The translations under genes were made by a program, and so were the position numbers. This document shows, one piece after another, positions 52,131 to 62,772 of a stretch of DNA of 64,000 bases; position 1 is the first letter of the stretch; the number at the start of each line of letters is the position of its first letter. Origin of the DNA: Candidatus Bathyarchaeota archaeon (GTDB taxonomy: Archaea; Thermoproteota; Bathyarchaeia; Bathyarchaeales; Bathycorpusculaceae); NCBI GenBank assembly GCA_963717465.1, contig OY970340.1, positions 480,001 through 544,000 on the forward strand. Direction: 5' to 3'. The notes under the pieces are model-generated. The model worked only from the letters and a program-made list of their open reading frames with translations. It was not told where the DNA came from and did no database searches.

Positions 52131-52689
52131 TTTGCACGTGTAATTCTCGGGGCAACGAGTCCACTGTGTGTAAACCGACAATACATAGCGGTTAACAAAT
52201 CGAAGTAACATTGCGCAGCTATTATCGAAATTTTGCCGGGGTTAATGCTAAGAACAAACATTGCTTTATGCTCAAAAGAGTTAATGCTTTTAGCCTCCCG
52301 ACGTGCAGCACTTCCAACAGTAATATACTATATCACCCTAGTTTATACGTTGTGCATGGCGGCTTTTTCAGAGCTTATGCAATGAAGCAAAGTTAAATTT
52401 CTAAGTCTAAGCAGCTCCAATCTCAAAAGGCGCGCTTTCCTCGACACTTTTCTACGCTATATGAATTTAAGATGTATCTTTGAAAACTTGGGACCAAAAG
52501 AATGAGGCTAACGGTAATAGTAATGAATTGTTGGTAGCGTGTGCACTCAAGCAAGCGGTAACTTGTATTGGTTTCACAAGTGCATCCTTTCCGAATACCT
52601 TCCCCACTTCTCAAGCAAATCGGCAAACTAGATTTATTAGTTAGAATGAGCAATTGTTGTAAAATTAATTAATTAGGAAATGCATTAAT

Positions 52690-53151
52690 ATGTCTATAAC
52701 TCCCGAAGAAGCTGCCCATGAACTACTTGAAGTAGTTCCGATCGTCATGAGAGAAATACGCTCCCAAATGCGCAGCCGAAGATCACCAGACCTAACAGTT
52801 CCACAGTTTCGCGCACTTGCTTTTGTGGATAGAAACTCAAGTTCCTCGCTTCTGGAAGTTGCAAATCATTTAGGATTAACCCCACCCTCCACATCCAGAA
52901 TGGCGGATGGATTAGTCGCACGAGGCTTAATGAAACGAGAAGATCAGCCAAACGATAGACGACGCGTAAAATTAACCGTTACCCATCGTGGGCAACAGAT
53001 TTTAGAAAACTCGCGCAAAGGCACGTTGGCTTGCTTGGCTGACAAATTAAGCAGCATTAGCGCTAACGACAGAGAAGTCGTATTCAAGGCCATGAAGGCT
53101 CTACAGCCCATCTTCACGAATGGCGATGCACAGGTACAAGTGATGAAGTAA
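52690..53151 (+). CDS. MarR family transcriptional regulator
   Basis: LTVPQFRAL..EVANHLGLTPPSTSRMADGLVARG..DRRRVKLTVT. Confidence 0.93.
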   Translation: MSITPEEAAHELLEVVPIVMREIRSQMRSRRSPDLTVPQFRALAFVDRNSSSSLLEVANHLGLTPPSTSRMADGLVARGLMKREDQPNDRRRVKLTVTHRGQQILENSRKGTLACLADKLSSISANDREVVFKAMKALQPIFTNGDAQVQVMK

Positions 53152-53154
53152 AAT

Positions 53155-53952
53155 ATGGCTATTCTCACAACAGAACATCTCACTCGCAGTTTCGGGCAAC
53201 TAAAAGCGGTTAATGACTTGACCATAGCTGTGGATGAAGGCGAAATCTTTGGTCTACTTGGTCCCAATGGCGCAGGTAAGTCAACCGTCATCAAAATGTT
53301 AACCACCCTTTTGCCTCCGACTGCTGGACGCGCAACGATTGGAGACTTCGATGTTGTGCATAACGCAGGCAAAGTAAGAAGATTGATTGGCTACGTGCCT
53401 CAACTTCTCTCTGCTGACAGCACCCTCACAGGCCGCGAGAACCTGATGATCTTTGCCAAACTTTATGATATACCCAAAAGTGAACGCGCCACACGAATCG
53501 ATGGGTCACTGAAGTTCATGGAGTTAACCGACGCCAGTAATAAACTTGTGAAAAATTATTCGGGCGGCATGATTAGGCGCTTAGAAATAGCCCAAGCCAT
53601 GCTGCATCACCCCAAAGTTCTGTTCTTGGACGAGCCCACCATTGGTCTTGATCCAGTAGGACGCAAAGCGGTATGGGATCATATCCAAAAACTGCGAGAT
53701 GACTACGGAATTACCATCTTTCTTACTACGCACTACATGGAAGAAGCAGACAAGCTATGCCCCAGGGTGGCGATCATGCATTTAGGAAAATTGGTTGTCA
53801 TTGGTGCACCTACCGATTTGAAGAAATCCCTAAATAGGGATGACGCAACGCTCGACGACGTATTCGCGTACTACACTGGGGGAGAACTCGAGAGAGGTGA
53901 AAGCTATAGAGAAACGAGCAGGACAAGGCAAACGGCGGGGAGGCTCGGCTAA
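53155..53952 (+). CDS. ABC exporter ATP-binding protein (DrrA-like)
   Basis: GPNGAGKST, YSGGMIRRLEIA, FLDEPT and TTHYMEEA. Confidence 0.95.
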   Translation: MAILTTEHLTRSFGQLKAVNDLTIAVDEGEIFGLLGPNGAGKSTVIKMLTTLLPPTAGRATIGDFDVVHNAGKVRRLIGYVPQLLSADSTLTGRENLMIFAKLYDIPKSERATRIDGSLKFMELTDASNKLVKNYSGGMIRRLEIAQAMLHHPKVLFLDEPTIGLDPVGRKAVWDHIQKLRDDYGITIFLTTHYMEEADKLCPRVAIMHLGKLVVIGAPTDLKKSLNRDDATLDDVFAYYTGGELERGESYRETSRTRQTAGRLG

Positions 53953-53968
53953 AACGATCCTGAATAAA

Positions 53969-54760
53969 TTGAAAAATGCGGCTAAATCGGTTAATTCCTT
54001 CTCCTACAAAACATTGAGCATAGCAGAGATGGATGCACGGAAACTTCGTCATGATCCAACCGAGTTGATTACCCGTGCTGTACAACCTGCTCTCTGGTTA
54101 CTGATCTTCGGGGAAGTCTTCACAAGGGCACATATCATATCCACTGGTAGTCTACCATACATATCCTTCATAACGCCTGGAATTCTAGCTCAAAGCTGCC
54201 TCTTTGTAGCCATCTTCTACGGCATATCTGTTATCTGGGATCGCGACTTAGGCATTGTCCACAAATTCTTAGTAAGCCCAACGCCCCGAGAAGCGTTGGT
54301 TCTCGGTAAAGCATTGTCTGCAGGAGTCCGGGCGCTTTCTCAAGTTGTAATCATCTATGTACTAGCTATTTTGATTGGCGTAGGCATCAACTGGAATCCT
54401 ATAAACCTAACATTGGTCGTGGTCGTCACGATATTGGCTTCGGCTTTGTTTTCAACATTTTCACTCATAATAGCTTCTGTGGTGAAGACGCGTGAACGCT
54501 TCATGGGCATCGGTCAAATATTGACTATGCCGCTGTTCTTTGCAAGTAACGCCATTTACCCACTATCACTGATGCCTAGTTGGTTGCAAATCGTTGCTCA
54601 AGCTAATCCTCTTACTTACGCAGTTGACGCACTGCGAGGGCTCATGATTATAGGAGGATCCAGCACTTATGGGGTTGGCATAGACTTGCTTGTACTTTTT
54701 GTAGGCATGATTGCTCTGGTAATAATCGGCTCTAAACTCTACCCGAAAGTGATCATTTGA
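53969..54760 (+). CDS. ABC-2 type permease (DrrB-like); start approximate
   Basis: QPALWLLIFG, FITPGI, DRDLG and NPLTYAVDALR. Confidence 0.9.
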   Translation: MKNAAKSVNSFSYKTLSIAEMDARKLRHDPTELITRAVQPALWLLIFGEVFTRAHIISTGSLPYISFITPGILAQSCLFVAIFYGISVIWDRDLGIVHKFLVSPTPREALVLGKALSAGVRALSQVVIIYVLAILIGVGINWNPINLTLVVVVTILASALFSTFSLIIASVVKTRERFMGIGQILTMPLFFASNAIYPLSLMPSWLQIVAQANPLTYAVDALRGLMIIGGSSTYGVGIDLLVLFVGMIALVIIGSKLYPKVII

Positions 54761-54916
54761 AAACGTGCACTTTACTGCCTAGTCTTGATGTCTGCGACGA
54801 AAATATTAGCGCACGCACTTGCTCTCTAAGCTGTCAGCTGTTTTGTTGTCTTGAATTTAGGCAAGAGGCTAAATGAAGCATTGAAGAAAAATTACAATTT
54901 CAAGGGGCAGGCAAAG

Positions 54917-55253
54917 TTGGAAACGATCACTAAGCGCTTGGAATTGCTAAAGCTTGAAGGATAAGGCTTTTCTCAGGCTGAGATTGTGAAGGAATTGAGC
55001 GTTAACTAAGCGGACAGTGTACAGTGACTTTGAGACCCGTGAAGGCTGGCAAGCCGCGCAGAGCGGGATTAAGCCAAACATGGTTCTGCTGAAGGTCATT
55101 AACCGTTATGAGCAGATTTATCGTCAAGCAAGCATGCGGTTTTTGTCGTCTTCCAATGAGTTGGCTCGGATGGCGGCATTGAATTTTATGCTAAAGACTA
55201 ATTCTATGTTGTTTGAGTGCTGGAAAATAGTGGTCTCATATACTCTAAACTAA
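54917..55253 (+). pseudogene. Decayed HTH protein gene
   Basis: KRLELLKLEG*GFSQAEIVKELS (in-frame TAA at 54962-54964), then after a shift TKRTVYSDFETR, an HTH recognition helix. Confidence 0.55.
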
Positions 55254-55528
55254 TCTTTTATGGCTTCTATAAAGCTCATGACGTTCCAGAGCTTGACTCG
55301 CGTGTAGGGCGGCATGTTTGGGTCTTGAAGAATCTCATCTAATAGAGATACGGCGTTTGAGGCTTTTACGGCGGGTGTAAATTCTGGGCTTTGCAGTGCG
55401 TTCATGGCATCTTTGGCGGTGCGTCTAATGTTTCTTGGTGTTGTATTGTCTTCAGAAACTTCTCCGAGAACGCCTAGTGCCTGCTTAATTTTGGCTTCAT
55501 ACTCTTCAGCTTTTTTCTTCCGAACCAT
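55250..55528 (-). CDS. UPF0147 family protein
   Basis: DNTTPRNIRR; LDEILQDPNMPPYTRVKLW. Confidence 0.92.
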   Translation of the reverse strand: MVRKKKAEEYEAKIKQALGVLGEVSEDNTTPRNIRRTAKDAMNALQSPEFTPAVKASNAVSLLDEILQDPNMPPYTRVKLWNVMSFIEAIKD

Positions 55529-55603
55529 AAATTAGAACTCCTCATTGTTTTTCGAGTAACCAAGTTATATAAGCATTGATACGTATTTACTTTGGGGTTC
55601 TTG

Positions 55604-55963
55604 ATGAAAGAAAAAAAGGAAAATACGTCGATTAAACGTATGGCTGAACTCTTAATGCAAGGCGCCACTTTAACTGACTTGTCATGCCCAGTTTGCTCTT
55701 CACCGCTTTTTAGATTAAAAGATGACACGTTATGGTGCGGTCAAGACGAAAAAAAAGTAATAATCGTAAAAGAAGGCGAGGAACCACCAAAACCACCAGC
55801 CAATTCAGCATACAATAAGCTTGAAGCAACATTAATGGCTAAAGTGGAAGATATCCAGAAAAAAATTGAAAAAACAGACAACATAGAGGAAATACAAAAA
55901 CTAACAGCAGCCCTCTCAGAGTTACTAAACAGTTTAGAAAAAGTCAAATCGATGAAGAAGTAA
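55604..55963 (+). CDS. UPF0148 / Sjogren's autoantigen p27-like zinc-ribbon protein
   Basis: MAELLMQGATLTDLSCPVCSSPLF. Confidence 0.85.
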   Translation: MKEKKENTSIKRMAELLMQGATLTDLSCPVCSSPLFRLKDDTLWCGQDEKKVIIVKEGEEPPKPPANSAYNKLEATLMAKVEDIQKKIEKTDNIEEIQKLTAALSELLNSLEKVKSMKK

Positions 55964-55979
55964 GCTGGAACATAAGCTA

Positions 55980-56486
55980 TTGCTTGGGGTATACGATAAT
56001 TTTCCAGTAAACCTCCACAGAATCGACACTTTTAACTCAGCTATCTCTTCCAAGCAACTTCAAAGGAGAATTATTCAAGTTTTTTACGAAATTAACCTTA
56101 AAACATTTAGTTTCGAAGAGATTGCTAACCCGACAGTTCCAAACGCAAAAATCATTTTTGAAATAGGTTTAGCAGAAAATACCAGCTTCTGTTTTATTGA
56201 TCAAGAAGAAGCTGCACAAGCACTCGATACTATAAGAAAGAAACGCGTTCAAATGTTGGATTTTTTTTGCGTAATCCGTTACCAAAAAACCGTGCAAGAT
56301 AAAAAAGCAGTTTTAAAATTTGATTACTACATGATCCGAATGTTATTTGGCAAAAACATGCTTGAACTTCAGATTTATCATGAGAAAGGTCCACGTTACC
56401 TAACTCCCGAGGACTTAAGCAATTTTATTCTTAGCAGACTTAACAGTTTTCCCAACAAAATATTAACGAGAATAGAAAGCGACTAA
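55980..56486 (+). CDS. Conserved hypothetical protein
   Basis: Intact ORF in an operon; LKFDYY and HEKGPR motifs. Confidence 0.7.
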   Translation: MLGVYDNFPVNLHRIDTFNSAISSKQLQRRIIQVFYEINLKTFSFEEIANPTVPNAKIIFEIGLAENTSFCFIDQEEAAQALDTIRKKRVQMLDFFCVIRYQKTVQDKKAVLKFDYYMIRMLFGKNMLELQIYHEKGPRYLTPEDLSNFILSRLNSFPNKILTRIESD

Positions 56487-56583
56487 ATAGTTTTTAGAAA
56501 AACAATTATCAAAGTTTATAAGAGCCCTTGAGTAACGGTCAAAAAACAACTGGGATTATTTAGAACCGTCAGGAAGCAGAATA

Positions 56584-57564
56584 ATGAACCCTATCGTGGT
56601 AAAGTCACTCAAAAAATATTATGGCAGCCTAAAAGCGGTTGATAACATTTCTTTCACGGTTAATCAGGGAGAAATTTTTGGATTACTTGGTCCAAACGGA
56701 GCAGGTAAAACCACCACCATAGAAATTTTGGAAGGTTTACGTAAAAAGGAAGGGGGTGAAGTGGAAGTTTTAGGTCTTGATCCTTGGAGGCAAGGCTATG
56801 AACTGCATAAGAGAATTGGTGTTATCCCTCAAGAGTTTAATTTCTTTGAAAGAACAACTCCAAGGGAAGCAATAGTTTACTATTCTAGCCTCTTTAAAGT
56901 TAAGGTTGATCCTGATGAAATACTGAAAGAAGTTTTGCTTGAAGATTCAGGAAAAAATCAATTCCAAAACTTGTCCGGTGGACAGAAACAAAAAATGGGA
57001 CTTGCACTTTCACTAGTTAACACGCCGGAACTGGTGTTTCTCGATGAACCCACCACAGGTTTAGACCCTAACGCTAGAAGAGCAATCTGGGAAGTAATTA
57101 AGAGGCTAAAAGCTACAGGCAAAACCATTATACTAACAACTCATTACCTTGACGAAGCTCAACAGCTCTCAGATAACGTAGCCATAATGAACCATGGGCA
57201 CATCGTGGCCATCGGCACTTCAGATCAAATAATAGAGGAATTTGGCTCAGGCGAACGAATAGAGCTACATGGAAGCAACATAAAGCTTGCAGATTACATT
57301 CGAGATAACACGAAACTGCAAGTTGACTATTACGAAACTAAAGGCATTGTTAGCGTACTGATTAAACAGAAAAGTGATGCATTAAAAGCTTTGATGGCAG
57401 CTGAAGAGTCAGGTCTGGAATGGCGCGAAATGCAAACCCACCGAGACAGCCTAGATGACGTCTTTGTTAAGCTGGTAAATATGCAAGTTAATGAACAAGG
57501 CGAAATTCAAGAAAACGGAAACGCAAATAATAACAAACCAAAAAACAAAAAGGAGAAAAAGTAA
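56584..57564 (+). CDS. ABC exporter ATP-binding protein
   Basis: GPNGAGKTT, LSGGQKQ, FLDEPTTGLD and TTHYLDEA. Confidence 0.95.
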   Translation: MNPIVVKSLKKYYGSLKAVDNISFTVNQGEIFGLLGPNGAGKTTTIEILEGLRKKEGGEVEVLGLDPWRQGYELHKRIGVIPQEFNFFERTTPREAIVYYSSLFKVKVDPDEILKEVLLEDSGKNQFQNLSGGQKQKMGLALSLVNTPELVFLDEPTTGLDPNARRAIWEVIKRLKATGKTIILTTHYLDEAQQLSDNVAIMNHGHIVAIGTSDQIIEEFGSGERIELHGSNIKLADYIRDNTKLQVDYYETKGIVSVLIKQKSDALKALMAAEESGLEWREMQTHRDSLDDVFVKLVNMQVNEQGEIQENGNANNNKPKNKKEKK

Positions 57565-58700
57565 TGCCAAGCCTAAGAAGAATCTTTGCTGATTTCAAGG
57601 TTTTTAGCCGAGGATACATAAGAAACGTTATCGGCTTATTTTTCGGCTTGATATTTCCAGTTATACTAATTTTGATCTTCGGCGCAATATTTTCCTCAAC
57701 TGGAACCGTAACCGTCTACGTGCAAAATCTAGATACAACTAACAAAAATAATATTGCTACGTCATTCGTGGATGCAATCAATGGTACTTACCCCAATGGA
57801 ACTGCAATCAGCAGTAACTGGCCAGTCCAAGTAAAAATGGTTGATCCTTCCGTAAACTTCACTGAATACTTAAGAGAGCAATCATCCTCTGATGGCATAA
57901 TTATTCCGGCAAACTTTTCACAAGAATATCTTACACCTGGAGGACAAACGAATATCACAGTATACGGCAGTAGTTCCTCAACTACAAGTTCAATCATAAG
58001 CAGCGTAGTAACTTCCTTAGCAAACCAGTACAATTTGCAAAGAGCTGGCGGTTCAGAAGTTATACAGATATCCTCAGCTTCTGTAAACACTCAACAAACA
58101 AAATACATTGATACACTAATTCCCGGGCTCATCGGCTTTGCTATACTAGTTAACCCAATGTTCGCTATAGTAAGCATATCAGCGGATTACAAGAAAACAA
58201 AAATGTTTAAACAATTGTCATTAACTCCGCTAACGAAAATGGAGTGGCTAACATCAAAAATCTTGTTTTACATTTTACTTTCAGCCATTTCATTCTTACT
58301 CATGTCAGCCGTGGGAATCTGGGTCTTTGGCGCAAACATAACTTTTTCCGCATGGCTTATTCCGTTTATAATCCTGGGACCAATGCTCTTCTGTTCACTG
58401 GGTATGCTCGTGGGCACAGTATCAAAAACCCCTGAAACCGCAAGCATAGTAGGTAACATCATAACGTTCCCAATGATGTTCCTGGCAGGCACATTCTTCC
58501 CAATCTCAATCATGCCAACGTGGCTTCAGACACTCGCCCATGTACTTCCGTTATACTATGTGATTGAAGGATTAAACAATGTAATGGTTTACAACAACGC
58601 AAACCTCATGACGACATTGATAGACTTGGCAGTCGTTGGCATAATTACAGCAGTCTTCTTTATCGCAGCAATCCGTTTCTTTAAATGGCGAGAAGACTAA
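57564..58700 (+). CDS. ABC-2 type permease
   Basis: N-terminal TM, extracellular domain, LIPGLIG and FPMMFLAGTFFP. Confidence 0.92.
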   Translation: MPSLRRIFADFKVFSRGYIRNVIGLFFGLIFPVILILIFGAIFSSTGTVTVYVQNLDTTNKNNIATSFVDAINGTYPNGTAISSNWPVQVKMVDPSVNFTEYLREQSSSDGIIIPANFSQEYLTPGGQTNITVYGSSSSTTSSIISSVVTSLANQYNLQRAGGSEVIQISSASVNTQQTKYIDTLIPGLIGFAILVNPMFAIVSISADYKKTKMFKQLSLTPLTKMEWLTSKILFYILLSAISFLLMSAVGIWVFGANITFSAWLIPFIILGPMLFCSLGMLVGTVSKTPETASIVGNIITFPMMFLAGTFFPISIMPTWLQTLAHVLPLYYVIEGLNNVMVYNNANLMTTLIDLAVVGIITAVFFIAAIRFFKWRED

Positions 58701-59311
58701 ACTTTTTCCCTCAACCCTTTCTTCTTCAAAAAGCTTTCTACTTTAGAGTATAAGTCCTGAGCAACTACATTAACGGGTTTCTCGCCGTCTAAACGACAAA
58801 GTTCACCATTCGCCACGAACTGTAAGTAAACCTGCCTGACTTTTTGTTGATTCTCCAAAGTTTCCATAACGGACCTTCCACGATTTAACCGCTGCATAAC
58901 AATTTCAGGACTAACATCAATAAAGAAAGCAGCATCGGGCTTCAAAGCATACTCGTTAATCGCTCTAATCCATTCCAGGCTTAGACCAGCGCTTCCCTGA
59001 TAAGCTAAAGATGAGTAAACGTAACGATCAGAAATTACAATTTTGCCCTCTTCCAACGCTGGTACCACTTCATTTTGAATATGCTCGATGCGGTCAGCTG
59101 CAAACAACAAAGCTTCAACAGAAGTTGGTAAACGCTTTTCACCGTACAAGCAACTTTCACGTATGAACGTGCCGATTTTGCCGTTGCTTGGCTCAGCAGT
59201 ACAAATAGCACTGATCGATTCACTTAATTTTTTTGTCAGCATTTTTGCTTGGGTGGTTTTTCCGCTCCCGTCTAAGCCTTCGATGCAGATGAAAACGCCT
59301 TTCTTGCTCAT
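58697..59311 (-). CDS. tmk: Thymidylate kinase
   Basis: IEGLDGSGKTT, LLFAADR and DRYVYSSLAYQG. Confidence 0.96.
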   Translation of the reverse strand: MSKKGVFICIEGLDGSGKTTQAKMLTKKLSESISAICTAEPSNGKIGTFIRESCLYGEKRLPTSVEALLFAADRIEHIQNEVVPALEEGKIVISDRYVYSSLAYQGSAGLSLEWIRAINEYALKPDAAFFIDVSPEIVMQRLNRGRSVMETLENQQKVRQVYLQFVANGELCRLDGEKPVNVVAQDLYSKVESFLKKKGLREKV

Positions 59312-59403
59312 GTTTTTTCAACTCGGTTGGTTCAGCGTTACACATTATAAGAAGGCGCATAAATATAATTTAACTTTAGAGGCAAACTTTAGAGGCGTTA
59401 TTT

Positions 59404-60678
59404 GTGCCGGAGGCTCAGTGGGGCGAAATAAAAGATCCCGTTCACGGATATGTATACATAACTGAAGCAGAAAAGAATGTCATCGATTCTTATCCGATGC
59501 AGCGGCTTAGAAGGCTACGTCAACTTGCAGGTTCAGAATACGTTTATCCAAGTGCAAACCACACACGTTTTGAACACAGCATCGGCGTATTGTTTCTTGC
59601 ACGAAAAGTGCTTGAAAACCCAAACATTTCAAGATTAATTAGTGCTCAAGAAATCGAGTTATGCAGAGCATCCGCACTACTTCATGATGTTGGTCATGGT
59701 CCGTTTTCGCATGTGTTTGAGGAGCTACTGCAGAGATTTTTAAAAAAATCGCACGAAGACATTACATCTTGGCTGATTGAAAAGAGCGAAATTGCTGATT
59801 GCCTATCCAAGATGGGTTTTAGCCCCTGTGAGGTAGCGGCTTTAGCGGTAGGAAAACTGCGTAAGCCAGGCAAGGCGTTTCTTGATCAAATAATCAGCAG
59901 CGCAGTGGATGTTGATAAGCAGGATTTCATAGTAAGAGATACTTATCATACAGGCGCTGAATACGGCTTCATAGATGTTTTCCGATTAATCCACGCCTTA
60001 GACGTGTATGACGGAAACCTAGCTGTTGAGCTTGGCGCGTTATCAGCACTTGAATCATTAATGATTGCCAGAATTGAATCGTTCAAAAGTATATATTTTC
60101 ATCGCGTGGGAAGAGCAGCCCAGTTAATGCTGGCAAAAGCTATGGAAAAAGCTAACCCAGAACTCGGATTAACGACTTTTAAAACGCCTGAAGAGTATCT
60201 TGGTATGGATGATTATACTGTTTGGACAGCACTGAAAAAATGCGATGCATCCAAAACAATCATGAATAATTTGGCGCAGCGTAAAATGCTCAAATGCTCT
60301 TTTGAACGCACATTTTATGAGAAAGACACGATGATCACAAACATTTTTGGTCGTGAATCATACCGGTTAAAGATGCAAAATGAAATCGCAGAAGAAGCAA
60401 ATGTGGAAGCGGACTCAGTCATCATTGATGTGCCAACCGTGGCTTCAGTTCCATACCATTACGCTGAATTCTCCAAACCAACGGAAATCCCTGTCTATAG
60501 AAGAGATTCATCAGGTCACAAAACCGTCCAGAAGCTAACAGAAATCTCAAAAATCTTTGAAACCCTGCAGGGATTCATGAATATACTAAGAGTTTACACC
60601 GATGCGACAAACCGGGAAGCGGTAGAAAAAGCCGCAGTTAAAATTTTAGGAAAAGTTAATTCACCTGAAATGTTTTAG
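59404..60678 (+). CDS. HD-domain phosphohydrolase (dNTP triphosphohydrolase-like)
   Basis: DPVHG, QRLRRLRQL, HTRFEHSIG, LLHDVGHGPFSH and DVDKQDFIVRD. Confidence 0.92.
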   Translation: MPEAQWGEIKDPVHGYVYITEAEKNVIDSYPMQRLRRLRQLAGSEYVYPSANHTRFEHSIGVLFLARKVLENPNISRLISAQEIELCRASALLHDVGHGPFSHVFEELLQRFLKKSHEDITSWLIEKSEIADCLSKMGFSPCEVAALAVGKLRKPGKAFLDQIISSAVDVDKQDFIVRDTYHTGAEYGFIDVFRLIHALDVYDGNLAVELGALSALESLMIARIESFKSIYFHRVGRAAQLMLAKAMEKANPELGLTTFKTPEEYLGMDDYTVWTALKKCDASKTIMNNLAQRKMLKCSFERTFYEKDTMITNIFGRESYRLKMQNEIAEEANVEADSVIIDVPTVASVPYHYAEFSKPTEIPVYRRDSSGHKTVQKLTEISKIFETLQGFMNILRVYTDATNREAVEKAAVKILGKVNSPEMF

Positions 60679-60712
60679 AAAAAAAGAAAGAGTTGATTGA
60701 TTAGACAGGGTT

Positions 60713-61642
60713 TCATTTGGTGGTGCTTTCTTGAGGCGGCAGTGGTAATTGCTGTTGCGGTTTGCTCTTTCTATATAAGTAGAAGAATACGCCAATACCG
60801 ACTAAAAGTAAACCTATGCCAAAAAGAATCACTGCTACCGCTTCAATGAACATTATGGTACCATAGCCCTGTGCAAGATAGAATATTGTGTTCTCAGCTG
60901 TTGACCAAAATGATGATTCAGTGCCATATGCTGCTTTATAATCGCTTAGCGCAGTACTGTAGTAGTTTGCTGCATCGGCAAAGTCGCCTGTTGCATAAGC
61001 CTCATCGCCAAGAGCTCTATTGTTATCAGCTTGTTCTTCATAGTTACGAGCATTTCCATCAATAAGAGGCAGAAAACCCAATTGCGTTAAATCAGTGTAA
61101 GCCGAAATTGTCCGATTGTCTTTATAAGCAGTAGCTTGGTTTGCTGAGAAAACTGCGAAATCACTTTCAGTGTCGATGGTCGTAGTGGTTACGGTTCCGC
61201 CAGAGGACTGATTCATTGTATCTACATATACACTGTAACTGTGGGTAACATAATTGGAAGCTATTGAAACAGATGGCACTGTGAAAGTTATCAAGACAAC
61301 ACATGATTGACCAGGTGATAGAATTAAAGCATTTGTTGTGCTGATTGTTGGATTTGTTGAACTGTAATTTGTAGCCCAATCGAAACCAACCTTTACCGCC
61401 GAAATGTTAAGCTGCTCGCTACCGCTATTTGGAATGTAAACTGCTAAGCTAGCATTAGTATTTTCAATGTAAGCTTCATCGACGTAGCCAAGGAACGAAT
61501 CGGAAAAATCTCTTGCAACCGGAGAAATCCAGTTACTTGAAGTAGTATATGCAGCTTTTACAGTTAAGTTAGGCGCAAACCCAAGTGCTATAATTAGAAT
61601 ACCAAAGCAAATAAGTGCACTCATCATTATTTTTTTTCTCAT
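60713..61642 (-). CDS. Secreted, C-terminally membrane-anchored hypothetical protein
   Basis: Signal peptide MRKKIMMSALIC.., beta-rich domain, helical region and C-terminal TM. Confidence 0.72.
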   Translation of the reverse strand: MRKKIMMSALICFGILIIALGFAPNLTVKAAYTTSSNWISPVARDFSDSFLGYVDEAYIENTNASLAVYIPNSGSEQLNISAVKVGFDWATNYSSTNPTISTTNALILSPGQSCVVLITFTVPSVSIASNYVTHSYSVYVDTMNQSSGGTVTTTTIDTESDFAVFSANQATAYKDNRTISAYTDLTQLGFLPLIDGNARNYEEQADNNRALGDEAYATGDFADAANYYSTALSDYKAAYGTESSFWSTAENTIFYLAQGYGTIMFIEAVAVILFGIGLLLVGIGVFFYLYRKSKPQQQLPLPPQESTTK

Positions 61643-61915
61643 TAATCTTTCCTCTTTGACAGGCAGGTATTTGCCAGCGTTAAGCATATAAGCTTTTTTA
61701 AGATTGCCTCGCTCTTTTGCCTAAAACAATCAGTCCTTTTTCAGATAAAGTGCTGCATTAAGGAAAATCGGTATAAATTTTGAAATCGAAGATGAACTAA
61801 AAAAATAGATTCTTATCTCTATTTGACGGCAATATAGACTTCTTTGGCCTTCGTTTGATAGGGAGCTTATTTTTAGGTACGTTTATATGGGGAGAAAAGG
61901 TAGGAGAGCGTTTTT

Positions 61916-62539
61916 TTAAACAGTTACCCATCCACTGCTTGTTAGTGACGATGGAACTGTAAATTGTATTGTAGCTGACGCTGTTTGCTCAAGGGTAACT
62001 TTAATGTCAACTTGTGATCCCGCTAATGCTCCGTTGGCATTGCTTAAGGATATGACGAGATATCCCTCGCTGTTTGCATTTAATGTGGCACCGTTTGGAA
62101 CGTACATTGCTGCTTTATCTGCTGTTGTGCTTGTTAATAGTGCATCGTAAGTGGTTGATGTTAATGCTTGAACGCCTGAGTATATGTCGGTTGTTATGAC
62201 TCCGTTTGCATCAAAGGTTACTTGTGTCGTGTTTGTGCCTAATGTAACAGTATTCACTCCAACTGCTTTTAATGGAATGACTATGCCTGTTATGTTAGAA
62301 CCATCTGCAGAGGCTTTAACGTAAATATCTCCATCAACGGCTAATGAGGAACTTGCTTGCGTCAAACTCTGCTGAATAACGCTTTTGCTTTGGTTAGAAG
62401 CAAAAAGCCCTTGATCGATAACCATGTAACTAAATACACCGGCAATGATAACGAAAGCTATTAGAATTATCGCCGCCTCTAAAGCAACTATACCACGCCG
62501 CTGCTTTATGAAGCTCCTTAGGTTCTTTTTCCCATTCAT
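61916..62539 (-). CDS. arlB: Archaellin (ArlB/FlaB-like), canonical 16-aa class III signal peptide
   Basis: KQRRG|IVALEAAIILIAFVIIAGVFSYMVI with E at +5. Confidence 0.85.
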   Translation of the reverse strand: MNGKKNLRSFIKQRRGIVALEAAIILIAFVIIAGVFSYMVIDQGLFASNQSKSVIQQSLTQASSSLAVDGDIYVKASADGSNITGIVIPLKAVGVNTVTLGTNTTQVTFDANGVITTDIYSGVQALTSTTYDALLTSTTADKAAMYVPNGATLNANSEGYLVISLSNANGALAGSQVDIKVTLEQTASATIQFTVPSSLTSSGWVTV

Positions 62540-62772
62540 ATTATTTGCCTCTTCAATGACTTGTTTGCTTTAATTTGTCTTTCTAATCGTATATCTTTGT
62601 ATTAATGACTTACGACTTACCAATTAAGGTCAAAAAACAGAATTTAAAAACTATAGTAACGATAAGTTTTTGAAAATAAAAAATTAGTCTCATGCACCAT
62701 GGCACCACCCTGTTACCCTGAGGTGGTGCCATGGCGTTTTTTTTAACCGAACGTGCCCTTGTGTTATCTTCT

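Noticed and set aside
52628..52689. MarR operator (imperfect ATTARTTAG repeats)
   Set aside because: Plausible by position but too AT-rich and degenerate to distinguish from chance.
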